DNA from: Prorocentrum cordatum
Lineage: Eukaryota
Direction of reading: 5' to 3'
NCBI GenBank assembly: GCA_963575745.1
Contig: CAUYUJ010000230.1
Span: 1 to 64,000, forward strand
DNA: 64,000 bases
Shown here: positions 27,001 through 40,643 of the stretch, piece after piece
Layout of the letters: every line of letters begins with the position of its first letter
How positions within the stretch are numbered: the stretch's first letter is position 1
Notes under the pieces: model-generated
What the model saw: the letters and a program-made list of their open reading frames with translations, nothing else
Told to the model about the DNA's origin: nothing
Databases searched by the model: none
Translations under genes and position numbers: made by a program

Positions 27001-30000
27001 CGGCGCTTCTGCGTCGGGGCCCCACCATCGCGATTGCGAGCAGCGCGCGGGGCCGGGCTGGGTGGGGGGCGCAGCGCCAGACCCGACCGCTTCCCCCGCC
27101 CGCACTGCGTGCTGCTTCGGCACCTGAAGCAGCGGAAGGCGAGCGGGGCGCCCCTGAGATGGGCGCGCAGGGCGCGCGGCGCACGCTGCGGCGTCTTGGC
27201 CGAGGGTGGCCCCCGCAATCCTCGCCCCTAACCGCGCCCGCGACCGCGTAGAGTGGGCAGGCGCGCGCTGCGCCCGCGCTCGCCTCAGTCAGTGCGAGAG
27301 CGACGGGGTGGCGCAGCAGCCCCAGGGTGCGGGCGCGGAGGCCGCGTCATCTGCGCCAGGGGCTGGACTTGGGGCCGCGTCAGCGGAGGGGGTCAGCGTG
27401 GCCCCAACCCAGCCCCCAGTCAGCTCCTTCGCAGCGCTGGCAGCGGCTGGGCCCCCAGGCAGCGCTCCAGCGGCGGCTTGCTCTGCCGTCGGGCCCAGCG
27501 CGGCGACGGCGCTTGCGTCGCCTTCCTCGTCTGGGGCTGAGGCCGTCGCCGAGCAGATGGGCGGCTCGGCCTTCCCCGTCGCCGACTCGGTCAAGAACCT
27601 GGGAGTGGACAACTGCCGTGCCGGCCAGGCCCTCGTGGCCCTCGAGATGCAGCGCTCGAAGGCGGCGCCCCAGGTGCAGAGGCTCCGCGCCGCCCGCCCC
27701 CAGGAATCCTCAGCGGCGGCGCGCGTGGCCAACGCGGGCCTGTGCCCGGCCACCCGCTGGGGGCTCAGGGTGGTCGGCTGGCCGTCCTCGCAGCTGGTCG
27801 CGTGGGGGCGGCGGGTCAGCGCCGTCCACCGCGGCAAGGGCCCTGGCAAGAGCCTCAGCCTCAGCTTCCTCCCCAGCGAGCGGTTCTCCACTGATCCGCC
27901 CCGGGGCCGCGCCGTGCTGCCCGTGGTCGCCTGGGCCGAGGCGGTGCAGTTCAACTCCGACGTCGCAAGCCTGCGGGCCATGGGCAGCGCCTTCGCTGGT
28001 GCCCTTGTGATGCTGGCGGAGTCGAGGCCCGATGGGCTCGCCGAGCGCGGGCCCCCCTCGGCGCGCGTCCTGGCGCGCCGCCGCCCGGGCTGGGCCGCGG
28101 CAGGGCCAGGCCTGCTCATCATTGACCAGCGGCGGGATATCGACGGGAGGGCCCTGGGCGCCTCCACCCTGGCCAAGCGCGTCGCGGCGAGCCACGGGCG
28201 TTCGCTGCGGCGCGAGGCGGGCGCGCGCCCGGGCCTCGAGCACTCGGCGTGGGGGGGGCGCGTCCTCCAGCATCAGTCGCGCGCCCCGCCGCGAGCGCAT
28301 GAGCAAGCGGACGGCCGAGCAGCTCAGCTCGGCCAAGAACGCGCTGGTTGGTGGCCCGTGGCCAGCGGCCAGGAGGCTCGAGGCCGAGCGCCCGCTGGCG
28401 TCGTCACCCCTGCGCCCCAGTGGCTGCGATGCCGCGGCGCGGTGCGGCAGCTGCCGCGGCGGCGTGCCGCCGCGGCCCCTGGCCGCGCCGTGGGGGGCGA
28501 GCGACGACTCCGACGAGCGGCGCCCTCCTGATGGCGTCCATTTCAGGGCGCCCGTCGGCGTGGCCAGCCTCGGCAGCACGGAGGACCGACCCACCGTGGT
28601 CTCGCGCCCTGGCCTCCGAGCGCAGGCGGTCCCTGCGCCTGCCCGCCGAGGGCGGCAGCTCGGGAAGAAGGTCGCGCAGACCTGGTCGGCCAACCTCTCA
28701 CTGGCGATCTTTGTTCCGACGGCGGCGTCGAGGACCCGGGCCGGGTCTCAGCCGGGGGCGGTTGGGCAGTGGTGATCATGGGGCAAGATGCCGAGGCCGT
28801 CGGCCTCTTCGGCCCCCTCCCCTGGCTATGCCCGCAGGAGTCCGGCGCCGCGGAGCTCCTCGCCGCCGTCGAGGGCATCCAGAAGTGCCTGCCGCCCGTC
28901 GGGATCTTCACTGACTGCCAGCTGCTCGTCGGCAGCATTGCTGCTGGCGAGGCGTGATGCCTCCATTGGCAGCAGCCGTGCAGGGTGCTGTGGGCCTGTC
29001 TGTGGGCGGTGATCGACGACGTCGGCCTCGTCGACATCTCTTTCCACAAGGTGAAGGCCCGCGCGACGTTGGCCGACGTCCAGCCCGGGCGCATCGCAGC
29101 GCGTCAGCGGCGGGGCATTCGCGGCGCCGACGTCCGTGCCGGCGACGGCGCGCGCGTGCATCCTACCGATGACGACATTCGCGAGCGCATTGCTCGTCGG
29201 GATCGGATCGTCAGGAAGGTCTTCCGCTGGCTAGGGGGCCTCCGTGCAGGGGGGTGGCGCGGAGCTGGCGGCGGAGGACGGCTATGAAGGACCAGGTCTC
29301 GCCGCTGCACGGTGCGACTGGCGAGGCTGCAAGCTGGGCTGGCGGAGCCACTGCACGTTCCCAGATCGCCTGGGGAGGACGTGCGGCCGCCGCGGTGCGT
29401 GGCTGGACGTGGGCGGCGACGCCATCTGGGCCTGCCAGGAGTGCGCGGGCCGCGGCGAGGCCAACTCGTGGTCGTCCACATCAGATTCCGAGGGGGGCTC
29501 TGGCGCGGTCTCAGCGGCGGTGGCGCTCCTCGCTGCTGCCTCCACCTGAGCTTCCGCCATGGCTGGGGGTCGACACGCACGACTCCCGCGAGCTCTGGCG
29601 CGCGGGCAACCATCTCTTCCGCGTCAAGTGCGGCTACTGGACTCAGAGCGGCAGGATGGCGGGCCTCGCGGAGGAGTGCCCGAAGGCCCCGAAGAACGAC
29701 AGGCATCAGGCCGTGTTCGGGCGGCTGATGTGTGGCTTGCAGCCCGCTGGCAGGGGCAATATCGGTGACCCTGAGGCGGTGCGTCAACAACGCAGGCGCC
29801 TGGCAGGCTAGACTCTGCCTGCTCTCACTTCTAGCTCGGGCCCTGGCCCTAGTTCGCAGGCTTGCTTGCGCGTGGGATCGGGCCCGATGCCGTCGGCAAT
29901 GCAACGGCCCAGTGTCTGCCTGGGTGTCTTTGAGGGGCGCTTTGCATTGCTGATGGTGAGGTGCGTGCGGTGGGCATGGCTTGCCGCTCGGTGTTCACCG

Positions 30001-31410
30001 CCGCCGCTCAGTTCTCTCTGCGCGGATCCTGAGTCATGGGTGCTGGCTTGCCTGCGTTCAGGATCGGGCTCCGGTGCCTGCGGCGATGCAGCCGGTTCAG
30101 TTTTCGGCCAGGAGCCTGCAAGACAGGGGCTTTGCAGTTTTGCCCCCCGGCGGCAGCTGCCCTCTGCGCTAGAGTCCAGTGGGGAAGTCGAACCAGGTGT
30201 GTAGGTTTACTTGTGCGCGGGATCGGGCTCCGCGGTCAGCGGTCTTCAACGTGCCCAGCTTTGCTGGAACTTTGGCGCCTCCTGGGCGAGTTGCGAGCTG
30301 GTGGCGAGGTGCTGTCCTGCGCGAGTGGCTCAGCTTGGTGCGCTGCTTTCTCGCGAGCCATTGCTCGCCGATCAGTCCGGTGCTCGGCGCCATCCGTGTG
30401 GCCCGTCCGGGGCGGGCGGCGAACCAGGGGCGAAGGTCTCCATCGCTCGGGAGTTGGGCTCCGAAGCCCTGGCGCAGCAACAATCCTAGCGTTGGGCCAG
30501 GATCTACGTAGTGTTTTCGCTAGCCCTAGTGCCTGGCGCTCTGGCCTTGGCGCTTTGCGAGCGGAAGCTGAAGCGGGCATGTAGGTCCGCTTGCGCATGG
30601 GCCCGGGCTCCGATGCCAGCGGCGCGGCGACGGTCCAGGTTCGGGCTCGGTCCTTAGAGACGAGATGCGATGCTGCTGGTGAGGTGCTGTCCCGCAGCGT
30701 GCGCGGCCTGCTCTGTGCGCGCCGCTTTCTCTCGAGCCTGGCTCGCCAATCTGTCTGGCGCGGAGCGCCCCTCATTGCGCCCGTCTTGGGCGGGGGCGGG
30801 AGCCGACCCATGGGTGAAGGCTGGCCTCGCTCAGGGTCGGTGTCCGCATCCATCGGCAATGCAACCAGTCTTGTTGTGGCCAAGGGCCAGGGGGCGAGTT
30901 GCGCTGCTGAGGGAAAGGTGAAGTCGAGCGCTCGCCTTTCAGTGGCGTGCTTTCGCGCTGTCCGCTTAGATGTAGCCGCTTGCGCGCTCGCGCGACAGCT
31001 CTTGCCCGCCCGTCATTTTCGACGTGGGGGCCGACCCGTGGGCGTAGGGCAACCCGCGCTTATAACTTATGTTCGTTTCCGCAGGCCTGGGGAGCAACCG
31101 AGTCAGGGCGGCCAGGTGCCAAGGACCCAGTTGCTTCTCAGGTGCGGTGTTCAGCTTGGCAGCGTACCGGCCGCCAGATCGGCAGCCGAGGCTCTGTGCT
31201 TGCTGCCGTATGTGCTGAGTCGCTCTGGCTGTTAGGATCTGTCGACCGCTTGCCTCGACCGAGGCGGCTGGTCGCTCTGGGCGCCCAGGTGATTCTGCGG
31301 GTGTGCGCCGAGGCGCGCGAGACCGAGCGTTGCTGCCGCAGGGCCACAGGGGAACGCTTCGGTCCGAGGGGCAGTCCGAGCGGGGATCGCCTTTCCCTTT
31401 TAGACACGTG
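24071..31410 (+). mobile_element. Decayed non-LTR retrotransposon: ORF1 with RanBP2-type Zn finger and coiled coil; ORF2 with AP endonuclease, RT remnant, RNase H and C-terminal Cys/His motif
   Basis: WDCPRCGAKNWGSRHVCRSCG (~24413); FGSVYL...PWAINGDWNVDP...SELDWF (25850-26095, endonuclease); SVKNLGVD (~27590, late RT motif); GPLPWLCPQESGAAELLA...IFTDCQLLV...LWACLW...FHKVKARAT (28800-29070, RNase H); ELWRAGNHLFRVKCGYW..LAEECP (~29590-29680). Many frameshifts. Flanked both sides by (ATC)n. Confidence 0.85.
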
Positions 31411-31700
31411 GATCATTATCATCATCATCATCATCATCATCAGCATCACCACCATCACCATCACCGCCACCATTATCATTATCACTACCACCATAATCAC
31501 CATCATCATCCTCATCATCATAATCATCATTACTTGTATGATTTCGGAAGGTGTTTTACCACCATCATCACCATGACCACTATCCCCATCACCGCCACCA
31601 TCATCACGATCACGATCACCATCATCAGCAACATCAGCATAATCATCATCATCCAGACTTCCGAAATGAATACCGCCACCATCATCGCCATCACCATCAC
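31411..31700. repeat. (ATC/ACC)n microsatellite
   Basis: Direct inspection. Confidence 0.9.
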
Positions 31701-32854
31701 AGCTCGGGGGGGGATTCCCGCACAGGAGGAACCAACAACGAAACGTATAATTGTTGTTTAACTTGTGGATGCTGTCCCGGCCATGTTTGTCGGCAACACG
31801 TTTAGGCGAGGTTGCATTTGAGAACCGTTATATTCTTCACCGGGGGCCTCTCAAGCTCCGAATTCTCTGATATTTTCGTTGCGTGCTCAAACCTATTCTG
31901 CTTGATGCCGACCGATGCGTTTATTTTCCGTTTTGCTGGTGTATTCGTCGCGGGGGTTTGGTTTTGGAGTGCTGGGAAGCTCGGGGGGGCACCCGCAAAG
32001 ACAGAACCCACAGCACAACATAAGGCATTGTATAGCGTGCGAGTGCTGTCTTTGTCGCGTGGCCGGTCGTGACGGCCTGGGCCCGCACGGGGCCGCGCCT
32101 GCCACGAAGGTCGCTTCCTCCCGCGCTGGCCTCCCAGAGGCGGAGCTCCGTCTATCCCTTCCGGGGTCGGCCGGATCTTCGCGTCCTCCTTGTTTCTTCC
32201 TCGCTCCCCCCGTGCGCGTCGTTTTCGTTTCACCCGGCCACTGGCGAGGACCGTTTAGAGTGCCATAGATGGCACATTGTTTTGCACGAGCGATCTTCCT
32301 CCCCTCCGTCCTCCCCCCGCCGCTCTCCGCGTCGCCGAACCTGGGCCCAGTGCTCCCGATGGCGCCGTTCGGGGTGAATTCGTGCATGGGGCTTCTGACC
32401 CCGCCCGCTGCCCTTCGGCTGGTCCTCCTCAGGTCCGTCCGGCCTCGGGGGTCCCTCGGAGCCTCCGCTGGTCCGCTCCAGGCCTCGGTCGGGCGATCGG
32501 GCTCCCAAACGTAACATGTCAATTGCCAATTCTGTCATTCCTTGTAACTTTTTTTTTCTCCCTCGGGTGATATACAGCCGCTGTGTGCTTATACATCTGT
32601 CTCCCTACTTGCTTTCCCGGCTCGCGCTCCTCTTGCTCCTCTCCCTTCTGCCCTTCTTCCCGCTGTGGCGATCCATGTTCGCTTGGAGTTGGGCTCCGAG
32701 AGCATGGCCGGACATTGGTGAATGGTGTCATTTCAGTTTTGGCCTGGAGGCCTCCCCTGGTAGCTCTTCTGACGGCACGCGAGCTCATCTGCTCTGCCCG
32801 CTGCGTCCCCTCAGTTTTCTCTTTCCTTCTCCCCTAGTAGCGCTGACAAAAAAT

Positions 32855-32932
32855 CACCCTCACCATCACCCCCATGGCTGCCACTGCCGCCATCACAGTC
32901 ACTATCACCATCACCATCACCATCACCATCAC

Positions 32933-33025
<93 letters not shown>

Positions 33026-33110
33026 TATCGTCGTCATCATCGTCATCATCGTCATCATCGTCATCGTCGTCATCGTCGTCATCGTCATCGTCATCATCAT
33101 CATCATCATC
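32855..33110. repeat. (CAT)n microsatellite
   Basis: Direct inspection. Confidence 0.95.
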
Positions 33111-33854
33111 AAGCGTTCGTAATATCCCTCACACGCTCCGTGGCCGCAGAATTAAGGAGCGGACGGGAGATCATAAGGAGGTGGAGGAGGAGAAGGAGAG
33201 GAGAGGAAGCTGTTGGTGACGTTGGTTGCGATGACGCGATGACGTTGATGAGGCTGTTCAGATGGCGATGCTAAGGAGGATTGTGATGAAATGACGATGC
33301 CGGTGAGAGGTCGATGACGATCATTCGCTCCGTGTTGAAAACGATCTGCCCTTGGGGCCCTCTTGGCCGTATGGTGGGTGACTGGGGGCAGTCGTGGGGC
33401 CGTTTTGGCGTCGTCTTGGGCCGTCGAATGGGTCTTCTAAGGCTGCCTGGGGTCCTGCGGGAGGTCCTCTTGGGCCTTCTTGGGGCCGTCTTGTATGCCT
33501 CTTGGGCCATCGTACAGTTCTCTTTGGCCGTCTTAAGCTGACGGCAGCCCGGGAAGGCGAGAACGTGGAAATCATTTAGAGCCGAAAAGACATCAATACA
33601 TTTGGTTTCTTCGGACCCTGTTGGGATTCCTCTTGTGGCCATTTTGGTCCCTCTTGGAGGCACCGTTGGCCGTGTTGAACAACTATTCGCCCGCCTTGGG
33701 GCCATCTCGGGCCGTCTTCGATGCATCTTGGGCCATGTTGGTGTCCTTGGTTGTCTGCGCGGGCCGTCTTGGAACCCCGGTTGCGTATCCATCACTTTTA
33801 ACGTGGGATCGTTGCTTCGGAGGCTCGTGTGGGCGCGCGTCGGATGAGGGGCTT

Positions 33855-34095
33855 AGCAGCCATGCGGGACGTGTGGAATCCTGGAGTGGGCGCGCGTGAA
33901 ACGAGGGGTCAGGCATTCGCTGCCATGCGGGAAGTGCACCGTCCTCGAGCGGGCACGCGTGGAATGGGGGTTCAGACATTAGCTGCCATGCGGAAAGCGC
34001 ACCATCCTCTTGCGGGCACGGTTGGAAGGGGGGGATGATACATTGGCTGCCATGCTGGAAGTGCACCATCATCGTGCGGGTACGAGGGACGTGGC
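33855..34095. repeat. ~63-bp tandem repeat, 4 copies
   Basis: GCCATGC anchor at 33859, 33922, 33985 and 34049. Confidence 0.8.
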
Positions 34096-35149
34096 CTCGG
34101 TGAGTGGAGGGGATGCACGCAACAGTCCGCGGTAAGAGGGGGAGGGGGGGCCATCTTGGATTTGAAAACCCTACCAGGCAGACCTTCGCATCATTCCACG
34201 CCTCAAAATGCCAGGGGGGGCACTGTGGCGGATAACAATCAATGGTTTTGCATCATGTTTATTCAACAAAGTCTTTGCGCGCCTTCTTGCGAATTCTCAC
34301 GAACACCTTTGGTTTTCAACATGTTCATCGCATGCGGCCAAGCGGGCCCCTCGCGCGCGCATGCCGAAATTATGCGGACGCCGCTGTGCGCTTGCTGGGA
34401 AGGGGTGGGGCACGATCCTTGCCATCATCGTCATCGGCGTGACCAGCATCGGTGCCGTCATTTGCCTAGCCGTCGTTGTTGTCATCATCGTCTTCAGCAT
34501 CGCTACTATCGCCATCGTGCCTGCCATTGTCGACGTCGCCATGGTAGCGCGCCCGCCCGAGTCACCGCCTCGCACTGGCTGCCCGCGCGTCAGCGCGGCC
34601 TGCGAAACGCGTTGGGAAGTCCTCAGCGGTCAGCGCCACCGCGGCCGCGTCGGTCGTGCCAGACTAGCTGGCCGCTCTGCGCGCGAGCCTGCGCGCGCTA
34701 GCGCGGCCGCATCGTGGCGCCGACCAATGCCAAGCAGTCATCGCAATCACCGCCGCACGGGTTTTGAAAGCCAGGTTGCGGGCGGGTGGGTGGGACGTTT
34801 GCGCGAGCGGTGGAGTCGACAATTCAATGCGAACAACGAAGAATCGCACCACAAAGGTAACACAGCGTAGCCTGATGTAACACAAGGATTGAGGCCCAGG
34901 CTGGCCAACACACACATACATATATACGTATACACATACATACACAGATGCGTATATATATATACATATGGATTGGTGACGTATCTGGCACCACTTGTAT
35001 TGCGGACCCCTCGTTAAATCACGCGCTGGTTGATGTCCACGCCATCACAAGCTATACAACGCACTGTTCATAGGCAGTTCTGGGCAGATGAGGGGGGTCG
35101 GAGGAGGAGGAGGAGCAGTATGTGGAGGACGTGAGCGAGGAACACGAAC

Positions 35150-35612
35150 GGGATGATGATGCTGTTGAGGATGATGGAGATGATGAGGATGATGATGACG
35201 CTGTTCATGATGATTATGCTGATGCTGCTGCTGATTATGGTGATGATGAGTCTGGTGATGCTGATGCTGACGAGAGTGAGGATGGGGATTACGATGAGGA
35301 GGATGATGACGCGGATGATGATGATGCTGATTCTGATGCTCATGACGATGATGCTGATGATGATGATACTGATGATGATGACGATGGGGGTGATGATGAT
35401 GAGGATGATGATGATGGTGATGATAATGATGATGGTGATGGCGATACTGACGATTACGATGACGATGCTGATGCTGTTGATGATGCTGATGATGCTGATG
35501 CTGCTGATGATGATGCTGATGATGCTGATGCTGATGCTGCTGACGAGGATGCTACGGATGCTGATGACGACGATGCTGATAATGTCGATGATAATGCTGC
35601 TGATGCTGATAC

Positions 35613-35665
<53 letters not shown>

Positions 35666-36401
35666 ATGTCGATGATGATGCTGACGACGATGATGATGCC
35701 GATGTTGCTGATGATGGTGATACTGATGCTGATGATGATGATGGTGATGTTGGTGGTGATGATGATGCTGATTCTGCTGATACTGATGCTGATGCTGATG
35801 CAGATGATGACGACGATGATGATGATGATGACGATGATGATGATGATGATGACGATGCTGCTGATGATGATGCTGATGACGATGATGATGATGCTGATGA
35901 TGATGATGATAATGATGACGATGATGCTGATGATGATGATGATGATGATGCTGATGGTGGTGGTGGTGGTGGCGATGATGCCGATGATGGTGATGGTGGT
36001 GGTTGTGATGCCGATGATGATGCTGATGATGATGCTGATGATGATGATGCTGATGCTGATGATGATGATGCTGATGCTGATGATTATGATGATGATGATG
36101 CTGATGACGATGATGATGATGATGATGATGCTGATGATGCTGATGATGCTGATGATGATGATGCTGATGCTGATGCTAATGCTGATGCTGATGCTGATGC
36201 TGCTGCTGATGACGATGCTGCTGATTATGATGATGATGATGATCATGATGATGATGATGCTGATGATGATGATGATGACGATGACGATGACGATGATGAT
36301 GATGATGATGATGATGATGCTGATGATGATGATGATGCTGATGCTGATGCTGATGCTGATGCTGATGATGATGATGCTGATGATGCTGATGATGCTGATG
36401 C

Positions 36402-36439
<38 letters not shown>

Positions 36440-36446
36440 CTGATGA

Positions 36447-36478
<32 letters not shown>

Positions 36479-36479
36479 C

Positions 36480-36544
<65 letters not shown>

Positions 36545-36551
36545 CGATGAC

Positions 36552-36638
<87 letters not shown>

Positions 36639-37110
36639 TGGAGGAAGAGAGGAGAGGAGGAGGAGGAGGAGAGGAGGAGGAGGCGGAGGAGGGAGAGGAG
36701 GAGGAGGAGGAGGAGGAGGAGGATGCGGAGGACGAGGAGGACGAGGAGGACGTGGAGGAGGAGGAGGAGGAGGAGGAGAGGAGGAGGAGGAGGAGGAGGA
36801 GGAGGAGGAGGAGAAGCGGAGGAGGAGGATGAGGAGGAGCGGGAGGAGGAGGAGGGAGGAGGCGGAGGAGGAGGATGATGAATAGGAGGAGGAGGAGGAG
36901 GAGGAGGAGGAGGAGGAGGAGGAGGAGGAGGAGGAGGAGGAGGAGGAGGAGGAGCAGAGGAGGAGGAGCAGTAGGAGGAGGAGGAGCAGGAGGAGGAGGA
37001 GGAGGAGGAGGAGGGAGGAGGAGGAGGAGGAGGAGGAGGAGGAGGAGGAGGGAGGAGGAGGGAGGAGGAGGAGGAGCAGGAGGAGGAGGATGAGGAGGAG
37101 GAGGAGGAGG
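35150..37110. repeat. ~1.5-kb degenerate (GAT/GCT)n microsatellite followed by (GGA)n
   Basis: Direct inspection. The poly-Asp/Met/Ile ORFs are artefacts. Confidence 0.95.
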
Positions 37111-37111
37111 A

Positions 37112-40102
37112 GATGGATCTTCGGAAGCTTCGGATTTGGCGACTAGGTCGGTTGGGAAATTACTTCGGGGGCGAAACTTTCTTGGCCTTCTCAGCTGTGC
37201 TCGCAGCTTTAGGCGAAAGACCCAGCGATATTCGATCTAGGTAATCGAGTCGATTACCTAGTGCTCGCCCCTCACATGGCCTTGCTAGCTCTTTGAGCTG
37301 GTTGGCGGCATAACGCCCGCACACAGAACATAACCAGAACCCCAGACCCATGTGGCAGCGGACCCTATGTCTCTCGTCTGGAAAACCCCTTGCTACATGT
37401 ACCCGCCGCCCAGGAGGGGATTCAAACAGAGTCTCGTCGATGTTAACCAGCCCCAAACACGGAACACGAAGCCAGCCCGATCGCTTGGCATGAGTGGTCG
37501 ACCCATGGCATCTAGTACAGTTGCGATCGCACACGTCACTGATGGAGTGATTGGACGCGAACAGACTACAGGCCTTGGGCGCTGGAGGTCTCACTTTGGC
37601 TTGGCGGTTGGGACCCTTTTCCTGCCCTTGCTCAGCGTTCACAGCCTCTAGGGCACTGGAGGAGCCTCATTCTGACAATGAGTGTGTTGCATTATACCTC
37701 CTGTTTTTTGTACGATATATTGCAGGCACGCGAGCTGCCTCCGCTCCTGCGCCTGCGAACTCGTCGGCCATGGTGTTGCCGACCACCAGCGCGAGCGGGG
37801 CTTTGCCAGCCCGAACGTCATCCGCCTGCAGGTGGGAGTGGATGAAGATGACGGTGCACACGTGCTCGCCGCGCTCCTTGACCCAGGAGCCGATCTCGTG
37901 CCACAGGTCATTGTCGGGACCCTCGGGCGTGGCGTACCGCTTCGCGTACCAGCCGAGGATCACGCTTTCGTTGTCCGCCACGAAGACGAAGTGGCCGTGG
38001 CAAGCTCTGAGCGCTAAGCATAACGCCATCGGCTCGCCTCTAGCCACGGTCTGTCTGCTTCTTGGGAGTCCTCCCAACACTTCCAGGGTCAAACCCATGT
38101 CGAACGATAAGTGTCGGAAACATGCCAGTCCTGCGCCTACACGGCGCAGTCTCGGTTCACGATTGTCCGCCTTTCCATTAGCATCACCAAAGATGAACAA
38201 GGGAGCATCTCCGGCTCCCCCTTCCAGGCAGCCGTCCGTGTATGGAGCCCCGTTGGCATGCCATTCTTCTGCAGACTGTGGAGGTGGAACCCACACCCAG
38301 CTTTCAGGTACGAGTCCCCGTGGCCAAACGCACGCGCCAGCTGAACCCTGAGCGTACGCCTCGCCAACGTACCTGTCCGACAACTCGTATATCAGGTGGG
38401 CCTCGCGTCCTTCGCATGCCCTGTGCCCGTGGAGCGCTGTCTCGACACGAGTGCCGCATCGGAGGCACTCCCGCCATATGACCTGTTTAGCCCGCTCCTG
38501 TCTCCTGACTCGCGGCCAGGTGCCCCCCCCCCACTGCGATCGCCAGCATGAGACCAGCTAGCTTCCGCCCGTGAGGGACACCTTGGAGGTGGTGGAGCAG
38601 TTGACGGTATGAACGATTGCAGATGCTTTGTTCCATCCCAGAGCCCTCGAAGTGAACTGAGGCTCGCTGCCAGAGGTCTTTCTGCACAGAGCCGCAGTAT
38701 TCATCGAGCATCTCGTCGAGGAAATCGATGCTGCCAACTCCAGTCATGTTTTCCTCCTCGAATTGCCATGTATGCGACATGCCATGAGCATCGGTCGGCG
38801 CAGTCCAACTAGAGGGAGACGTCGGCTGCCAACCTGCCTGAAATACATATATATATACACATATATATATATATATATATATATATGAGACCACTGCCCC
38901 TTGCGGGCCCCTAAGGTGCTTGGCCCCTTGTGCAGGAGAACTGGACGACAACTCCTTCACCGGCTCAGACTAGGTACGTCCGATGCCATTCCTGATGTGA
39001 GGTTGGTTTCACCAGCACGAGAGCCAAAGCCGCACGCACTCGCGGGGCAGCTGGTAAGCTGGGCCCCTCCCTGAGGCCTTGAGGTCGATCAGCGTCGTAA
39101 GACACCTGCCCGTCATCCTAGGCCCCAGGGAGTTGCCCAGCTTCCGTCGAAAGTGCGTTATGACGTCACCGAAAACACCATGCAGTTGGTGCCCCTATGG
39201 TCCTGCCTTCTGGCCCCCTGCTGCTCTAACCGAGCCGTGAACCCATATCGTCGAGTAGAGCGAACATACTTGAGGACCCGGTCGTGCATGGCTTGGTGCT
39301 TCCTCAGGCGAGCGGTCCTGGTGGCGCGTGCGTGCCGAGAACCTCCACCCAAATCGCCCCCAAGGTAGGGAGCTTGGGCCGTGGCGCGAATGTGAAATCC
39401 GTACTGTCGAACTCTGCGAACAATGATCTGAGCATCTTCCAGTTTGGTACATACAGCAACTGATTTCGGAGAAATGCTCAGGCCAACTTCCTTCATGGAT
39501 GTGCATGTGCCGACCAAGCATGTGACCAGCTGCTGTCTGGTAGCACGCCTCGAACCTTTCGTCGACTGGCTGAGATCGTTAATCCAAAGCCGCTGCGACA
39601 TGCCAACATGCGCCGTGGTGAGGAGCTGCTTGATGTGATATGTTGCGCACTTGGCGAATCTGGTGCACCCTCGGAGCCTTTGCACCACCGAACGGAGTGG
39701 TGCGAAGGGCTCCGAATACGTGCCAGATTGACATAGACGGCGCGCCGCCATGCACTGCAGCAGCTCCAGCCCCAGCACCTCTGCAGGACAGCCCAGCCTG
39801 AGCGCCGCCTTGCCGACTAGCATCCAGCCTATGGTGTCGTAGAACCGCCCTAAGCCGAGGAGCGCATTGGCGTGGTGAGCCTGCAAGTGCACAGCCAGCT
39901 CCTCGTCAACGGCCCTGAGGAACACCTCTCTGGTGGCAGCTCCCCTTGATGGTGGTGTCCCAATGCGCCTCGCACTCGGACGTCCAATGCTTGATGTACG
40001 GCTCGGGTGCCTGCGACCACACTTGCGAGAGGTGCGGCAGCAGGCCAATGATTCTGTCCCCAGCAGCCTTCTTTGGAAGGAGAGTGCCGATCGTGAGCAA
40101 CA
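37112..40102 (-). mobile_element. Decayed non-LTR retrotransposon, 3' part: RT, RNase H, C-terminal Cys/His motif
   Basis: LLPKKAAGDRIIGLLPHLSQVWS; LGLGRFYDTI; SVVQ; LWINDLSQ (YxDD equivalent); ISPKS; PYLGGDL; RNase H FIFGDANG...QTVARGE...VADNESV...DLWHEI...IHSH...GNTMADEFA; HRVRCHMGLGFWLCSVCGRY...LARPC. Confidence 0.9.
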
Positions 40103-40643
40103 TCCTCAGAACCTTTCTGGGTTATGGGCGAGGGGGTTGTGGTAGAGTAGGGTTTGAGGCCCAGCTCACACTGGATTTTAATTAATTATCCTGCGGTTGA
40201 TCCACGTTCTGAGTGCGATTTGCAACCTGCCATGCGCAGTAAAGTGAGTACAAAGACCTTGTCCTGGTTACTCAATGTTTCTATGTTGCCTTTCCCAATT
40301 ATTACGTGTCTCTTCGTCCTCCTCCTCCTCCTCTTCCCCCTCTTCCCTCCTTCCGTAAACGACGCAACGCCTATGTGGCACAACGCCTATGTTGCATTTG
40401 CCGCCCTGCCTCCCTCCCACCTTCGCCTCATCCTCTTCCTCCCTTCCCCCCTCCTCCTACTGCTCTTCACCAAATGCATTCCATCATGGGCCACCCCTTC
40501 CTCTGCGTCCCATCCTCTCTTGTTATCCATCCCGCTCTTCTGCGATTGCCATCCATACCGGTCGCCCTCCTCCGCGTTTGGCCTTGAGCAAAGCTATCGC
40601 CCGCAGCGAAAGCCAGCGCAGTGTGGCAACTGCCTCCTGCAGG

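Noticed and set aside
35068..36885. Long Asp-, Met- and Ile-rich ORFs
   Set aside because: Translations of a (GAT)n microsatellite, open in several frames.
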